From: Massalongia carnosa
Taxonomy: Eukaryota
Assembly: GCA_965645245.1 (NCBI GenBank)
Contig: OZ287081.1
Span: 620,001-684,000 of the forward strand
Direction: 5' to 3'
DNA length: 64,000 bases
A program made the position numbers and the translations under genes. The notes under the pieces are model-generated. The model worked only from the letters and a program-made list of their open reading frames with translations. It was not told the origin of the DNA and searched no databases. Position 1 is the stretch's first letter. Each line of letters opens with the position of its first letter. This document shows, in pieces, positions 34,763-47,130 of the stretch.

Positions 34763-37420
34763 GAGTACGGATACGTGGACACCCCTTTGGTTACCTGGAC
34801 ACCCCCTGAGGTTACCTGGACACCCCCCAGTGATACACGGACACCCCCTTCCTAGAATAGGTAAGAATCAAGGGTTCAGGCCCCTCACTTACCCACTTCG
34901 GGGTAAGCTCCCGGGCGCATATCGGGGAAATTTTTTCCTTCACCTTTTGAAAGTGGTCGGGAATTTCTGAAACGAAGTCGATTGGCACTGTCTTTGCAAA
35001 TCAGACTCTGATTCTAGAAACTAAGCCTCATTTGGTCTAATTAATGATGATAACCTCCTCATCTCCGCTTGCTGTCGCTGTCCCCCCCCTGTCGCCGTCC
35101 CCGCCTCCGAGTCATTTGTAGTCAGCCTATCTGCCAATCCCCTTGTTATAACCCCTCCTCTAGCCCTACCTCCCCGTCCCCGTCCCCATCCCGATCCCCG
35201 TCCCCGTCTGCCTCGTCCACGACCAGGTGCCGGGTCCGCTCGATGAACGGCTGATTGATCTGCATCCGGGTCCACCCGCTCGAAAAGGGAAGGATCACGA
35301 TTAGTAGATGCCTCGAATGCTTGCTGTCTTCTATTCAAATTCTCCGCACCTGGAGGTCTACCCCTTGGTCTAGCAACTTCGGGTGCCTGAACCCGAAGAT
35401 AAGGATTATCAATAGCCACACGGGCTGTCCTATCAAACCTCCAATGAGGATGAATATCTTCCAATAGCAACTTTCCCCCCCCATCCCCATACAATCGTTC
35501 CTGAATCTTATGACTGCACGGAAGACCCATGGTTAAACTGAACGTTCCAGTACAGGCCGGAATAGCTGTTGGTTGACCAACCAAACGTTCGTATTGAGGC
35601 ATTATCTTTCTCAAAGCATAGGAAGTGACGTATGGACTGATTTCCTGAAAGATAGGTTTGCGAATATCCATAGGTAGTCGCACCTTCGCTTCATCAAGAC
35701 GAATCAGATGATTGTGAAGTTCATTGATCAATAGAAGATTGATTCCGTCCACCACCGTCTTAAGATCTCCAGATGATGACCCTAGCTGTCGCTTAAGTAC
35801 TGCATGCCCACCTTCACCTCGAGAGGTAGTGGTGGTTTCGAAATGAGTAATCATACTGGTATAGCACTTGACAAAACGATGTCGGAAGGGTATGTAGATG
35901 TCGTTTAGATATTCCACACATTGATCCTGACCCTGATACTGAATCCTGAATCGCTCCCATGACTCCAAAAACTCTGGTTCTGACGAGGCATAAACGACCG
36001 TTTTCCAGTCAGCGAAGAAGGAGTCCCACGCCTCTTTGGTATCGAAGCTCTTCTTGCAATTGGTCAGGACGTTATTATTGATGTGCCATAAGCAAAGCAG
36101 ATGATTGGTTGCGGGGAAAACATCCTCAATTCCAGCTATCAGACTCTTTTCCATGTCCGTGACTATGACGATCGGGTTAGGAAGCATCATCCCATCATAC
36201 ATACCTCGCAATTGCTGCAACATCCAGGTATAATCAGACGTGGCTTCCTTGGCCATGAAGCAAAATGCCACATAGAAGTTGGTATGTAGGGCGGTTTGAC
36301 CACTGATGATCAATAAGGGCATCTTATATCTGTTGGTTTTGTAAGTGGCGTCCATCACCAACACCTCGTAATTCGTCTTCAATAGTCGTTGAGAACAGCC
36401 CTTAATAAAGAATAAATGAGTTATTCTATCTATATCATCCTTTTGCATCTGATACGTCCAATCTCCTTGATCCAGCTCTCGGATTAATGCCTGAACCGGA
36501 GTCAATGGGCCGAGTGTCTCGCGACGAAGCTGTGCTTTGACGTTGTAGATATCCCGAGGTTTGAATAAGGGATTGATGATGTAGGGATTTTCTGGATCGT
36601 CAAAATTGATTCCCGTCGTCGGATCAGCAACACGAAGACTAGATAAAATCTTGAAAGGGGCTGTTTGCACGATCAGAGCTCGGGAAATCTCACTTTTAAC
36701 CTCTTTCGTCATCGCCAATTTCCTCAACGCTGGATGAGCACCAGCGAGGGTAGAAGCATGATTATGAGTCGATTTGACCACCTCCAAAAACCAGATACCA
36801 CTGTCATTTTCTCGTGTGGCCACACAAGAGAAAGGGCATTCAATTCGTCGGCTACCCGTATGTCGCCGATCCTGACCTCTTGGTCCGTCGGTTTTTCTTC
36901 CTCGATCACATATCAGCCATGCCTTTCTTGTTACCTTAAGTTTCGACTTCTTGGTTCGACCCAAAACGACTGCGTATCCTTGACGACCAGCATGCTCATT
37001 GACTCGTAGAACCAGGTCTTCCAGACTTTCAAAACTTTGTCCATCCTCGGGGGGTGCAAGTCCGCCAGGGGGTAGAGGGCCATGTGGTCGGGGTGGAGTA
37101 GCTGGTTCATCTTCGAGGGGTGCAAGTCCGTCAGGAGGTGGGGCAGGAGGTGGGGGGTCAGGAGGTGGTGCAGACATGATAAAGTGTCAAAATGTTGGTG
37201 ATGATGATGTTTACTAAGTGCCAAAATGTTGGTGTTTACGGTTGAAAAAAAATTCCCGAGGTGCACCCTCGGGAGCTTACCCCGAAGTGGGTAAGTGAGG
37301 GGGCTGAACCCTTGATTCTTACCTATTCTAGGAAGGGGGTGTCCGTGTATCACTGGGGGGTGTCCAGGTAACCTCAGGGGGTGTCCAGGTAGCCAAAGGG
37401 GTGTCCAAGTATCCGTACTC
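34763..37420 (-). mobile_element. Mutator-like element (MULE), 2658 bp, ~150-bp TIRs, 8-bp TSD ACTGAATA
   Basis: Both TIRs begin gagtacggatac and are nearly identical over ~150 bp, each with four ggacacccc subrepeats. ACTGAATA at 34755-34762 and 37421-37428. Confidence 0.96.
35021..37177 (-). CDS. MULE transposase (FAR1-like DNA-binding + MULE DDE + SWIM-like), 718 aa, intact
   Basis: FAR1/WRKY-like C..C..HNH, DDE motifs VMDATYKTN, IVTDME, CLWH and RGEGGH, a C-terminal GLPCSH Zn motif, and an RGRP/RGG tail. No stops. Confidence 0.93.
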   Translation of the reverse strand: MSAPPPDPPPPAPPPDGLAPLEDEPATPPRPHGPLPPGGLAPPEDGQSFESLEDLVLRVNEHAGRQGYAVVLGRTKKSKLKVTRKAWLICDRGRKTDGPRGQDRRHTGSRRIECPFSCVATRENDSGIWFLEVVKSTHNHASTLAGAHPALRKLAMTKEVKSEISRALIVQTAPFKILSSLRVADPTTGINFDDPENPYIINPLFKPRDIYNVKAQLRRETLGPLTPVQALIRELDQGDWTYQMQKDDIDRITHLFFIKGCSQRLLKTNYEVLVMDATYKTNRYKMPLLIISGQTALHTNFYVAFCFMAKEATSDYTWMLQQLRGMYDGMMLPNPIVIVTDMEKSLIAGIEDVFPATNHLLCLWHINNNVLTNCKKSFDTKEAWDSFFADWKTVVYASSEPEFLESWERFRIQYQGQDQCVEYLNDIYIPFRHRFVKCYTSMITHFETTTTSRGEGGHAVLKRQLGSSSGDLKTVVDGINLLLINELHNHLIRLDEAKVRLPMDIRKPIFQEISPYVTSYALRKIMPQYERLVGQPTAIPACTGTFSLTMGLPCSHKIQERLYGDGGGKLLLEDIHPHWRFDRTARVAIDNPYLRVQAPEVARPRGRPPGAENLNRRQQAFEASTNRDPSLFERVDPDADQSAVHRADPAPGRGRGRRGRGSGWGRGRGGRARGGVITRGLADRLTTNDSEAGTATGGGQRQQAEMRRLSSLIRPNEA

Positions 37421-37533
37421 ACTGAATAATATCAGGGCCGGCTGCCTGACAGCTACCTTGAAAATTTACTGTGCAGAGTACTAACGTAATCTATCGCTAT
37501 TTTCAGACCTTACCTACATTCATTATCACCACA

Positions 37534-37862
37534 GTAAAATTTTGTAATGACATGCTAGGCTTGTTGATTGATTGAATATCTCACTTCGAGTCGAAGGAAT
37601 TATCAAATAAAAATCATTTATGACGCTAAAAACTTAGCTCAAAAGTCGAGCGACAGTTCTTCGTTTCGAAATTGAAAGTATTATATTCCGAACGTGCCAG
37701 AAAATTGTTTCGAGAGGATCAGGTGAAAAAATCAGGGTGATGCAATATGAATCGAGGGTTAAGCACAAGGTTTTTGATTTTTGATTACTGATTCCATCGA
37801 CTCGGAGTGAGAAATCCAATCAATCAATCAATAAGCCTAGCACATCATAATAAGATTTTATC
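37534..37862. mobile_element. degenerate MITE-like element with ~80-bp imperfect inverted repeats
   Basis: Left arm ...tgctaggcttgttgattgattgaatatctcacttcgagtcgaaggaat...aaaaatc (37534-37615) matches the reverse complement of ~37771-37862 (...tgctaggcttattgattgattgattggatttctcactccgagtcgatggaat...aaaaatc). AT-rich and noncoding. Confidence 0.7.
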
Positions 37863-38592
37863 GAGATGATGATACTACAAATTAGGGGTGGAGGCTACGT
37901 CCCTTCCTACTTCCCCGGTGCGGTCAAACGGTCATCCTACAACATAAGTACTTAGTAAACACTAGATAGGAGCTCAAATACTACTAAATCAGCCAAGCCA
38001 CAAAATTATCTTCTGGCTGCCAGCTTAGCCATGAAAACGCCACCAAAAGCGGGATTCTAGACCCACGAGTCACACCGGGAACAGATGCCTGTACTGCCTG
38101 TACTCCTAATACAGACCACAAGCTCAGCTCTCCATACAGCTTCGGCCTTCTCCTAGCTCGTCCTCATATGCCGCTACACAGTACTACTGAAATATTTTGG
38201 CGACACTGTGGGGAGATCAGCGCTCTTTACTAAAGCCATTTCAAGCGAAGGGCAACCCAATATGCAGGAACCAAGATTGGCATATGGATCACAGAACGAT
38301 CCTAGGCTCGATAATCATATTTGGCAACGAAAAAAATTGGGGAAATCGTACCCATGCAGAAGCATGGATATCTCTGGCCCAGGGTGTCGCACTTTCCCTT
38401 CCACAATGTCTTAGTTAACCCGACTCATGAAGGCGAAGACATTTAACGGGAAAGATACTTAAACTATCCCAGCTCTCCATTTTTTCCACAAATCGCTTGT
38501 TTGGACCTTTTTTACACAGCTGTTCGTTCACGAGCGGGCCTGTTTACCGTGCTTGAAACCTCACTATTTTCAGCTTATATCGAATTCTGATA

Positions 38593-41500
38593 ATGTTCTC
38601 CCCTCGTCATGCTAAGCATGACTATGATTTCCACGGCGACGATGCTTTGCACGATCAAACCCCTGAGGTCCAAAGTATTGTTGCGAGCCTCCCATCTGGA
38701 GCTAAAGCTCTAGGGCAACTCTTTGTACATGGAACTGGGGTATGAAGATAGTGCTGTCTCCCGTCCCCTCAATAGTTGCTAATTCAAAGATTCACTTCCA
38801 TAGGAAGAGGGTAAAAGAGCTCTAATCGCGAAATTACCCATGAATCACCCTTTAAGCAAAAGCTTGATGGCAAAGGGCGTTAAGCATTACTGGGGATCTA
38901 TGCTACACCCCCCTTTAAGCTACCGTGGAGATGCCTATCAGTACAGATCTGCAGACGGTGCTGACAACGTAAGACAATGAGCGCTTATGCTTTGCGCTTC
39001 AAGAGTGAGAAGTAGATCCTGACTTTGGTAGAGCATTCTTCATCCTCAACTAGGAAAAGCTGGCTTGCCTTACGCGAAGTCTGTACCTGGTAAAACCGGC
39101 ACTCATGGAGCGCGTCCGGACCCGGGTGATTTATTCGACTGTACGGCACCATTTTCGAGATTCATTGAATGTATTATGCTTTTGCTTACTTATGATCAGT
39201 GTTGATGGCCCGTAAGAATGACACGGAGAGCAGTTCAGGGCTATCCAGCATGTTGCTATACCATGCTACCATTATCATTCATGGTGAGGCTGCGCCATAA
39301 AATATTACTGCTCAGGATATCTGCTAACTGCTAAGATATCTTTCGTACGAACGCCGATGATAAGAATATCTCTGATACATCGTCTTACCTTGACCTAAGC
39401 CCACTCTATGGTTGTGATAAAGCTACTCAGGACACGGTTCGACAAAAGAGACTTGGCCTGTTAAAGCCAGATAGCTTCGCCGAGCGGCGGCTTTTGCTCC
39501 AGCCTCCTGGTGTGTGCATATATCTGGTGATGTACAATCGATTCCACAACTATGTTGCGCAGCAGCTCTTAGAAATCAACGAGAACGGAAAATTCGCTTT
39601 GCCATATCCCCAGGGATCCGAAAAATGGGAAGCCCAGTCAGTTGAAGAGCGGAAAAAAATGATGGACAAACAAGATGAGGACTTGTTTCAAACTGCGAGA
39701 CTGTGAGTCATTGCCGAGTTTGCTGCATATTTCCAAAGGATAGTTGATCCACTAACGTCCGAGCAACCCAGAATCACATGTGGGCTCTATATCAATATCT
39801 CTATTCATGATTATCTTCGAGTATTGATGGGATTCCACGCCAAAGACACTCCATGGACCCTCGATCCCCGGATTGAAATTCCAGGTGATGACAAGACAGG
39901 AGTTCAACGCGGTATCGGCAACCAAGTCTCAGTTGAGTTTAATCTGCTCTACCGGTTTCACAGTGCGATTTCTACAAGGGACCGGGAGTGGTCAGAAAAT
40001 TTCTTCAAACTTTGGCTGCAGCCTTTTGTGCGGAGGAATGAAATTACTCAGGAGCAATTAGACAGCGGCGATATTCCTGTCCCCGTCTTCAAAGAGATCA
40101 TAGAAAGTGGCAATGGTAAAAATAAAACGAAAGAAGCAAAAGATCAAGATCTTGATCATGATAACAAAGCTAGATTTCTTCCAGCCGGCCTAGAGACGAT
40201 AGGTTTCGATCCTCCATCCGATGGGGCGGAGAAGCCTACGCCAATCTACAAGTATAAAAGAGATGCCTCTGGCAAATTCGATGATGCTCAGCTTGTTGCT
40301 GAGATGGTTAAGGTCATAGAGGATCCAATCTGTATGCAACCGATATAATCTGCTTATCTACGCTCTACCTTGTTCCTCGATTGAAGAACCTCTGCTAATA
40401 GGGATAATCCTTAGGCCAATTTGGCGCCCAGAACATCCCAAAAATGTTCAAGGCTATTGAAATTCTAGGAATCCTTCAAGCGCGGAAATGGTAAGATGAG
40501 AAGTTGCCCACGTTTGAAATTGCTTTCTCCGAAGATAGCTGCACGGCTTATGGTAATCCTTGCTGACTTCAATGATTGCTTAGGGAAGTAGCTACACTGA
40601 ACGAGTTCCGTGAATTTTTTGGGCTTGAACGACATAAGCATTTCGAAGATATCAACACAGATAAGGATATCACAGACGCTCTTCGGGATCTCTATGATGA
40701 CCCAGATATGGTGGAGCTCTATCCTGGTTTAATATGCGAAGGCACAGGTCGATGTTTAGATCCAGGAACGCCAGGCCCCAACAAAGGTGCAACGGCTCTT
40801 TGGTCAGGCGTGTTCTGTGATGCCGTTACGCTTGTCCGATCGGATCGATTCTACACCATTGTAGGTCATTTCCCTCCCCTTTTGTAATTTTTCATATTCA
40901 CTCTCTTTTTACAACGTGGTCCTGTGGGAACATGCTGATCTGTCTTTCTCGATTCCAGGATTGGAATGTCGGGTCTCTAACTTCCTGGGGTATGCATGAG
41001 GTCACTTCTGATCCGAACGTCCTGAAAGGTTCTGTCTTTCACAGACTATTCCAACGTGCTTTCCCAGGCCACTTCAAACATAATTCCGTACATCTTTGGC
41101 AACCCTTCTACACGCCAGTTATGAATATTGTATTTGCCAATGAGCAAAACTACCTCTCCTCTCTTGACTTATCAGACCTAGAATTTGCAGAAGTCACAAT
41201 GCTGGACCCCACAGACGTGAACTTCGGACAAGCGATAAAGGAGAAAGGGTACAATGGTCTAAAGGGAATGGTCCATAGGAGAGACGTCCTAGAAAATCTT
41301 GACGCTGTGCCTAAGCCTAAGCCTATCATCAAGGTTTCCAACTACTACGATATTCGAGATAAAGTACTTGGAAAAAACAAGTCAATTTTCCAAAACCCTG
41401 GCCTATTGGATAAAGATATGATCCACGGGAAGTATCTGGAGGCTATGATGACAGGCAAAAGCAAGAGTTTCGATGACGCTGCCCGTTTATTCCAACGTCT

Positions 41501-43339
41501 TGTCACACCAGAAATTCAAGATATGTTCTTGGATTATTTCGTCAAAATGTCTAAGGAAATTACTGAACGGGAAAAGCGAAAGTTCCAAAAGCTTAAGCCT
41601 TCCAAGGAATTTTTTGAGCAAGAGCGACGAAAACTTCGGATTCTCAAACTATCACAGGGAACGTTGCAGCGGGAAGAGCAGAACCTCAACAACCTTGAGA
41701 AGAAGCTCCGAGGCCGTGAAAGCCTGACGAAAAAGGATCTCTTGGATTTCTCCGCAAAGGAGCAGAAAGCTCTATCAGGACTACTCCAGGTTTACCAGAT
41801 TGATGTGGTTAGGGAGTAAGTTCTTCCAGCACCCTATTTACAAAAATCGAGCCTGTGGTTTTATATAGGCGAGTAGAGATATACTAAACCGATCAACAGC
41901 TACGTGATTCCAGTCATTACCAGATTCGTTGTGGATTTCCTCGGCTTTTGGGATACTGTCAAGACGCCGGTGCACCCAGACAGGAAATACAACGAGAATC
42001 AGATATATCAACACATTCACAACTGTCAAAACTATCTTACCTATGATTCTGACGAGACCACTCTTTCGAAGCGTCGGATTGCATTTAAGGGATCCATCGC
42101 ATTTCTCAAGACCCAAGCTGAGCATGGAGCGTACCAAGCACAGGAAGGACTCTTCGGCTGGCTTTCTAGGAAAACTGAAACAACGGGCGACCAAGAGTAT
42201 GTGGTGAAATTGAGGGACTTTGGTGTCAAGACATCTAGGGCGTTGGCCAGGAAGTTAGCAAATACTGAGGAGGTTGCTGCGATGATGTTGGTGGTAACTT
42301 TGGATGCGGCGCACAAGAGTGTCATGACGGTAGGTGGAGTATCTTCGTGGCCTCGGCCAGTATAAAGCTGACTTTCTTAGTTCACGGAGGTGCTTGCTTA
42401 TTTCATTGATCACCCTCACGTGGATAACCCTGATGTATCGCATTGGACCAGTGTGCAAAACCTGGCATATGAGGATACGCCCAAAGCAACTGCACAACTC
42501 AAACGTTATATATTAGAAGCTCAGCGGATTCGTGTGGATCTTCCACTTATCCGAGTCTATTCTCCGGCAAAGGCAAACGACACTTTCAAGTTGCGGTTGG
42601 GGAACGACAAGAAGGACACGTGCACTTTAGTCAAGGGAGACAAGGTGCTTCTCCAATTGGTAGGTACCCATGGCGCTGTCTTTGGAAGTTTTATCCAACC
42701 ACTTCCTCTGCGCAACAGGCCCTCTTGCCAACCAGAATGACTAATCGTCGAGTAGCTGGAAGCACAAAAGAATTTAGAAGTCTTTCACCATCCCGACACA
42801 CTAAGCCTCGATCCCCAAACCCGCTACCTCAAAGATTACCTTATTTACGGCCAGAGTGATCCCGCTGCTTTCGAAATCAAGCAGCTCACCATCATCGGTC
42901 TCACCGGTATGATCAAATACATCGCTTCGCTGAAGGAGCTTCGCGTTGCCCACGACAAGCTTGGCCGACTCAAGCGGGTCAAGACTCCTTACGGAGTGAA
43001 GAGCTACATGACCGTGCAGTGGGATCAGCTAGTCCCATTCCCGACCAGTACGTCTTATCATTCTCTTTACCACGTATAAGTATCCATGGTAGTTTGCTAA
43101 CATAAACGCTTTGCTTGATAGCGTGGAGCCTCCGCTTCAACGGTGAGGGCCGCGGCGTATACGACGGCAAAGACAACGCCGACCAGGGCCATGGGATAGA
43201 CCAGGTCTATCAAAAACCCACTGCGATCCCTCCAGGTGGCACGTATATCTCTGGCTCTGGAAGTACGGGTCGCAGCACGGCGACGTTGCCTGCTGTGCAG
43301 GAAAACGGAACGGCGAAGCCACCTGGAAAATTATGGTAG
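38593..43339 (+). CDS. fatty-acid heme dioxygenase of the Ppo/linoleate diol synthase family with degenerate C-terminal P450-like domain
   Basis: About a dozen introns. Peroxidase motifs LHPPLSY, YRSADG, IIIHDIFRT (distal His), SYLDLSPLYG, YNRFHNYV, EFNLLYRFH (Tyr and proximal His), LNEFREFFGL and DAVTLVRSDRF. The C-terminal part has ExxR (EAQR) but no heme-ligand Cys. The start ATG at 38593 is inferred. Confidence 0.9.
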
Positions 43340-44424
43340 ATTCGCTGAAGCAGGGCGGGGGAGATCGTTGGCCTTCCTCCAGGCTTGCCTTTCCCAAGAC
43401 GCTGTTACCTAGAATCTTCAAGGAGGAGCAATGGGATGGTACTTGTTGCCCACCCTTGGCGACTGGTAATAAGGGACATTCTGTCATGTTGCCTTGCTGT
43501 CGTCATTAGGGTAATGGAGAAAGGTACCGATAACCGGGTGTTCCGTACTTGTAATTTCTGCTATCGAGACCAGCATCAGCTAGGTAGGGTGTCTCTCGTA
43601 TCTTAAATCTTTACCATATCATAGTTCGCGGTCTAGCAATGAATACTAGAAATCCCAGACTCGGCGCAATGTGTACTCCTTTGCTCCAAAAGCCAAAAGT
43701 CGCTTCACATCCCCCCCCATTTTTCTTGCTCTCCCTCCCCACGCATCAAAATAGTTGAGACCCCAAATTTATAGTATGATTTCGGGGCTCGGGGACAACT
43801 ACGTTGATCACTTTGATGACATGAAGCTTATATGAAGATGTAGATTCCATTTCAAATAACTGATTTGAAGTTTTTCATCGTTGTTAAGTCTACTGATTAT
43901 TATGTACAAAGATAGTAATGCAATAGTAACGCTTTGACAGTGTCCACATAGTCTCGTAATTATGGTTTAGTGTCCCTTATTTTTTTGAGTGGGGGTCCCG
44001 CGTACTCTCTTCTTAGCCTTTGAGCGCATACATACCTACCAGCTCCTATCAACCCCACCCATCACCAACCAGGGGAGAGGAGAGGAGAGGGGTGTGCGGA
44101 AACTGCGCTGGGACTGTAACAAACCAAAAAAAAAACCAAAAAAAAAACAGAAAAGGATAAGTTTGATTTCCCTCCCGTTCACCCAGAGCTTTTTGAAACG
44201 GCGCCTTGTCGTTTTCTCGACACTGGCGAGATACCTTGTTAGGGCTGCTGGAGCGGCGTGCCGGTAAAAGGGAAGAGTATTGGCGACAAGGGGGTTCTGT
44301 GCGTACCTGATAGATTCCTCAACTTATGATACATAGTTCTTTCATGGGAGTGAGCTATTTCGTAGAAACGAGCTCTTTGATGGAAAACAAAGAGTAAGAT
44401 TGACTGAATGGGTGAATGAATGGA

Positions 44425-44428
<4 letters not shown>

Positions 44429-44467
<39 letters not shown>
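44429..44467. repeat. (GA)n microsatellite
   Basis: About 19 uninterrupted AG units. Confidence 0.95.
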
Positions 44468-44471
<4 letters not shown>

Positions 44472-45199
44472 TAAACTTTAAACGAAGCGGATTGGTAAGG
44501 GATAAGACAGGAGGTGAAAATATCCTTGTTGGCGTTGTTGAAGACTTACCCTATTTACCCTACTACCTACCCTATGGGCATCGGCATCAACGGCGAATAA
44601 AAACTAGCTCTGGGTCGGTGGTTGGGTTGGAGGGAGATGAGGGTCGGGGAATGTAGGTGGAGGAAGGCTTGGCGATCTTTAGAACGGAGGAAACGTAAAA
44701 AGGACAAGGTTGATTGATGGATGAAAGAAGTCGGCTTGGAATATTATGCCTGTTTGAATAGATTTAAGAAAGGGGGTTGGGGTTCTTCGGCTTTGCTTTG
44801 ATGGCAATTATGTCGAAGCAATCTGCCTGCACGTACTTCCTAATGGGTTTCAATAAGAGGCACCTATATAAAGTAGGCTATAGCTGCACTGGAATCTAAT
44901 CGTTCCCCCCCCCCCCCCCCCTAACTAACCTTTGGGAAGGGCTGTTGTGTTTCTTGAATGGCCATACTATTTATGAGCAACCCTCCAAAGCAGCAGCCAT
45001 TAGGACGCAATTTTTGCATTTGCCAATTCTTGCCTGTTTGACTATAGAGTTGGTTTTTTGGAGTTGTTGGGGCTTGCACCGACGTCTTTCGATATGAGGA
45101 TACAAGCTCATTCTAGACCTATTCTTGAGATAAGGACAATGGTGTACTAGGTGTGCTGAACTATCTAGGACAAACTAGGTGAGCGTTCTTCGAACTTGA

Positions 45200-47130
45200 A
45201 GGAAGACATCATTCTGCAACGTTTGAGAACAAAATGTGGAATTGATTTTGGAAGATTGAGGTATGAGGGAAATGTAGAGGTTGAAAGTTGGCTTTTGGAC
45301 CAATAACTTCCTCCCTTCGACGCTGAATGTTTTGTATGGCTTCGTTCTTGATTATATGGTGAAATAATTGTAGCTCGTTGGCTGCCTCTTCCATATGTTC
45401 TCGATTAGCAAGAGAGCGAGAGAGATATCTTTCAAGCGGAAAGACCGAGCTATCTTAGAAGCTTGTCTTTTGGATATCAAAAGGCCTTTGGCAAATCATA
45501 CTTTCAAGTAGAGTAGATACCCTAAGGTATTTGGCTGTTAGTGGACGAAAAGCTACTACAGCAATCATCGCGCTAATATTAACCTCCCCTAGGGATCGAG
45601 AAAAGATATGAAGAAGTCCACATGAATCGTTCCATCAAGTATAACATTCAGGGAATGGAAACTTTGTGTTGTTTTCTTCAGGATTAGTCCCGACCCTCCT
45701 TGAATTTTCTGCCTTTGGAGCGGTTCTTTCGCTGGAGCTGTTGGTCTTTCTTACCTACATCTGAAGTGAATTTATCGATGAGTATGTAGCGCTGAATGCT
45801 GGGAAGCATGAACACCTACCGGCTTTTTTCAAGTCGTTTCTGGACATAGGTAGTGGTTTTTGTAGCACCTTGTTCAGGCTAGCTAGAACCGATTGAGGGT
45901 TTGTAGTAGCCTCCAACGAGTTCTTGAAGGTAACGACCTGTAGGACGATGCGTATCTGGAGGTCCCAGGCGGGCGACGGTTCAAGAGAGTTAAAGGACTG
46001 TTTGATGAGTTAGAAGCTTTAAAATTTTGGCAGATATGTTTCTGATTTGGACAAGGCGATTTTTGAGATGTGATGGACGGAAAATCTTCGTCAGATCGGC
46101 CACCAGCTAGAGTAAAAAACCGCTGTATGAAGATTATAAGCTTATGTTCCCCTTCCTGACTCTTCCACGGCATGTATAAGCTGACTGCGTGTGCTAGATT
46201 CAGTATCAATTGAGATGAATAGATACCTAGTTCAGGCAATGTGTGTAGAGCTGTTAGGAGAACACTCACCGTCAGCGCCTCCGATTTCAGGATCCCATCT
46301 CGTTCAACAGGGATTTTGAGGCAAACAAATCTCACCCTGCAGTCATGATGAAGATCTGCAAGTAGCTGAATAAGGAGTGTGATTCGCAACCGGTCATTAT
46401 TACGAGAAGCTATCCAATAGCATTTAGCGATATCCTCATAGCGAATATGGGCGCTCTCATTGGTTTTGGGTTAAAGGCAGCCTATGTCAGTCATCACCCC
46501 AGCCTACGCCATCTCTCGGACGGTTTGTACCGCCGCAGTATCGTTGGTAGTGATCGATTCGGTTGCCGCTGTCACCTAGGCTGACGAGGCGAACATCCCT
46601 TGGGTCCCATATCCATAGGTTGGTGCTCCTTGGGATCGACCGGAGTTGTTACCCAATACTACATCCGGATGTGAGAGTGAACGCCCAATGGTGGCAGGGA
46701 TGCATGGTATTGGTCTGGATTTTGAGGGCATGATTTTGAGTCCCTACGCTAAGAAACTTGCTTCAGAGATAGGAGGAAAGGATCCTTTGGCCACCCGTAT
46801 CGACCAACCCCTTGAACTACTGCTCAGGTAGTCTTCCGATCCTTTCTTGACCAATCACTCTATGATATTCCTTTTTTAATAGCAAGCATGTATGATTCGG
46901 AAATTTTTGATCTGCCAGGACAAGAGACTATATGTCTTGAAAGGGTAATTCATATTGAGATCTATATCCTGCTCTTTGACCTACTTGTGAGAAGCCCACT
47001 TGAGCAAGGTATTCAATCCCAGGGCTGAGCAGCCGAGATATGATCCAATTGGACCAGATATTGAAGACGTCTTGTTCCGATTAGAGCTATGCTGATGAAT
47101 GCCCAATCTCAAGGCTCAAGAGGCCCAGTG
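45200..47130 (+). pseudogene. possible decayed intron-containing gene, unidentified
   Basis: Plus-strand intron signal (gtattt...gctaat...cctag, ~45527-45592) and protein-like fragments broken by TAG/TAA stops (e.g. GMHGIGLDFEGMILSPYAKKL). Family not recognised. Confidence 0.3.

Noticed and set aside
36931..37422. 163-aa ORF starting in the MULE TIR
   Set aside because: Derived from TIR subrepeats, non-ATG start, and overlaps the transposase in another frame.
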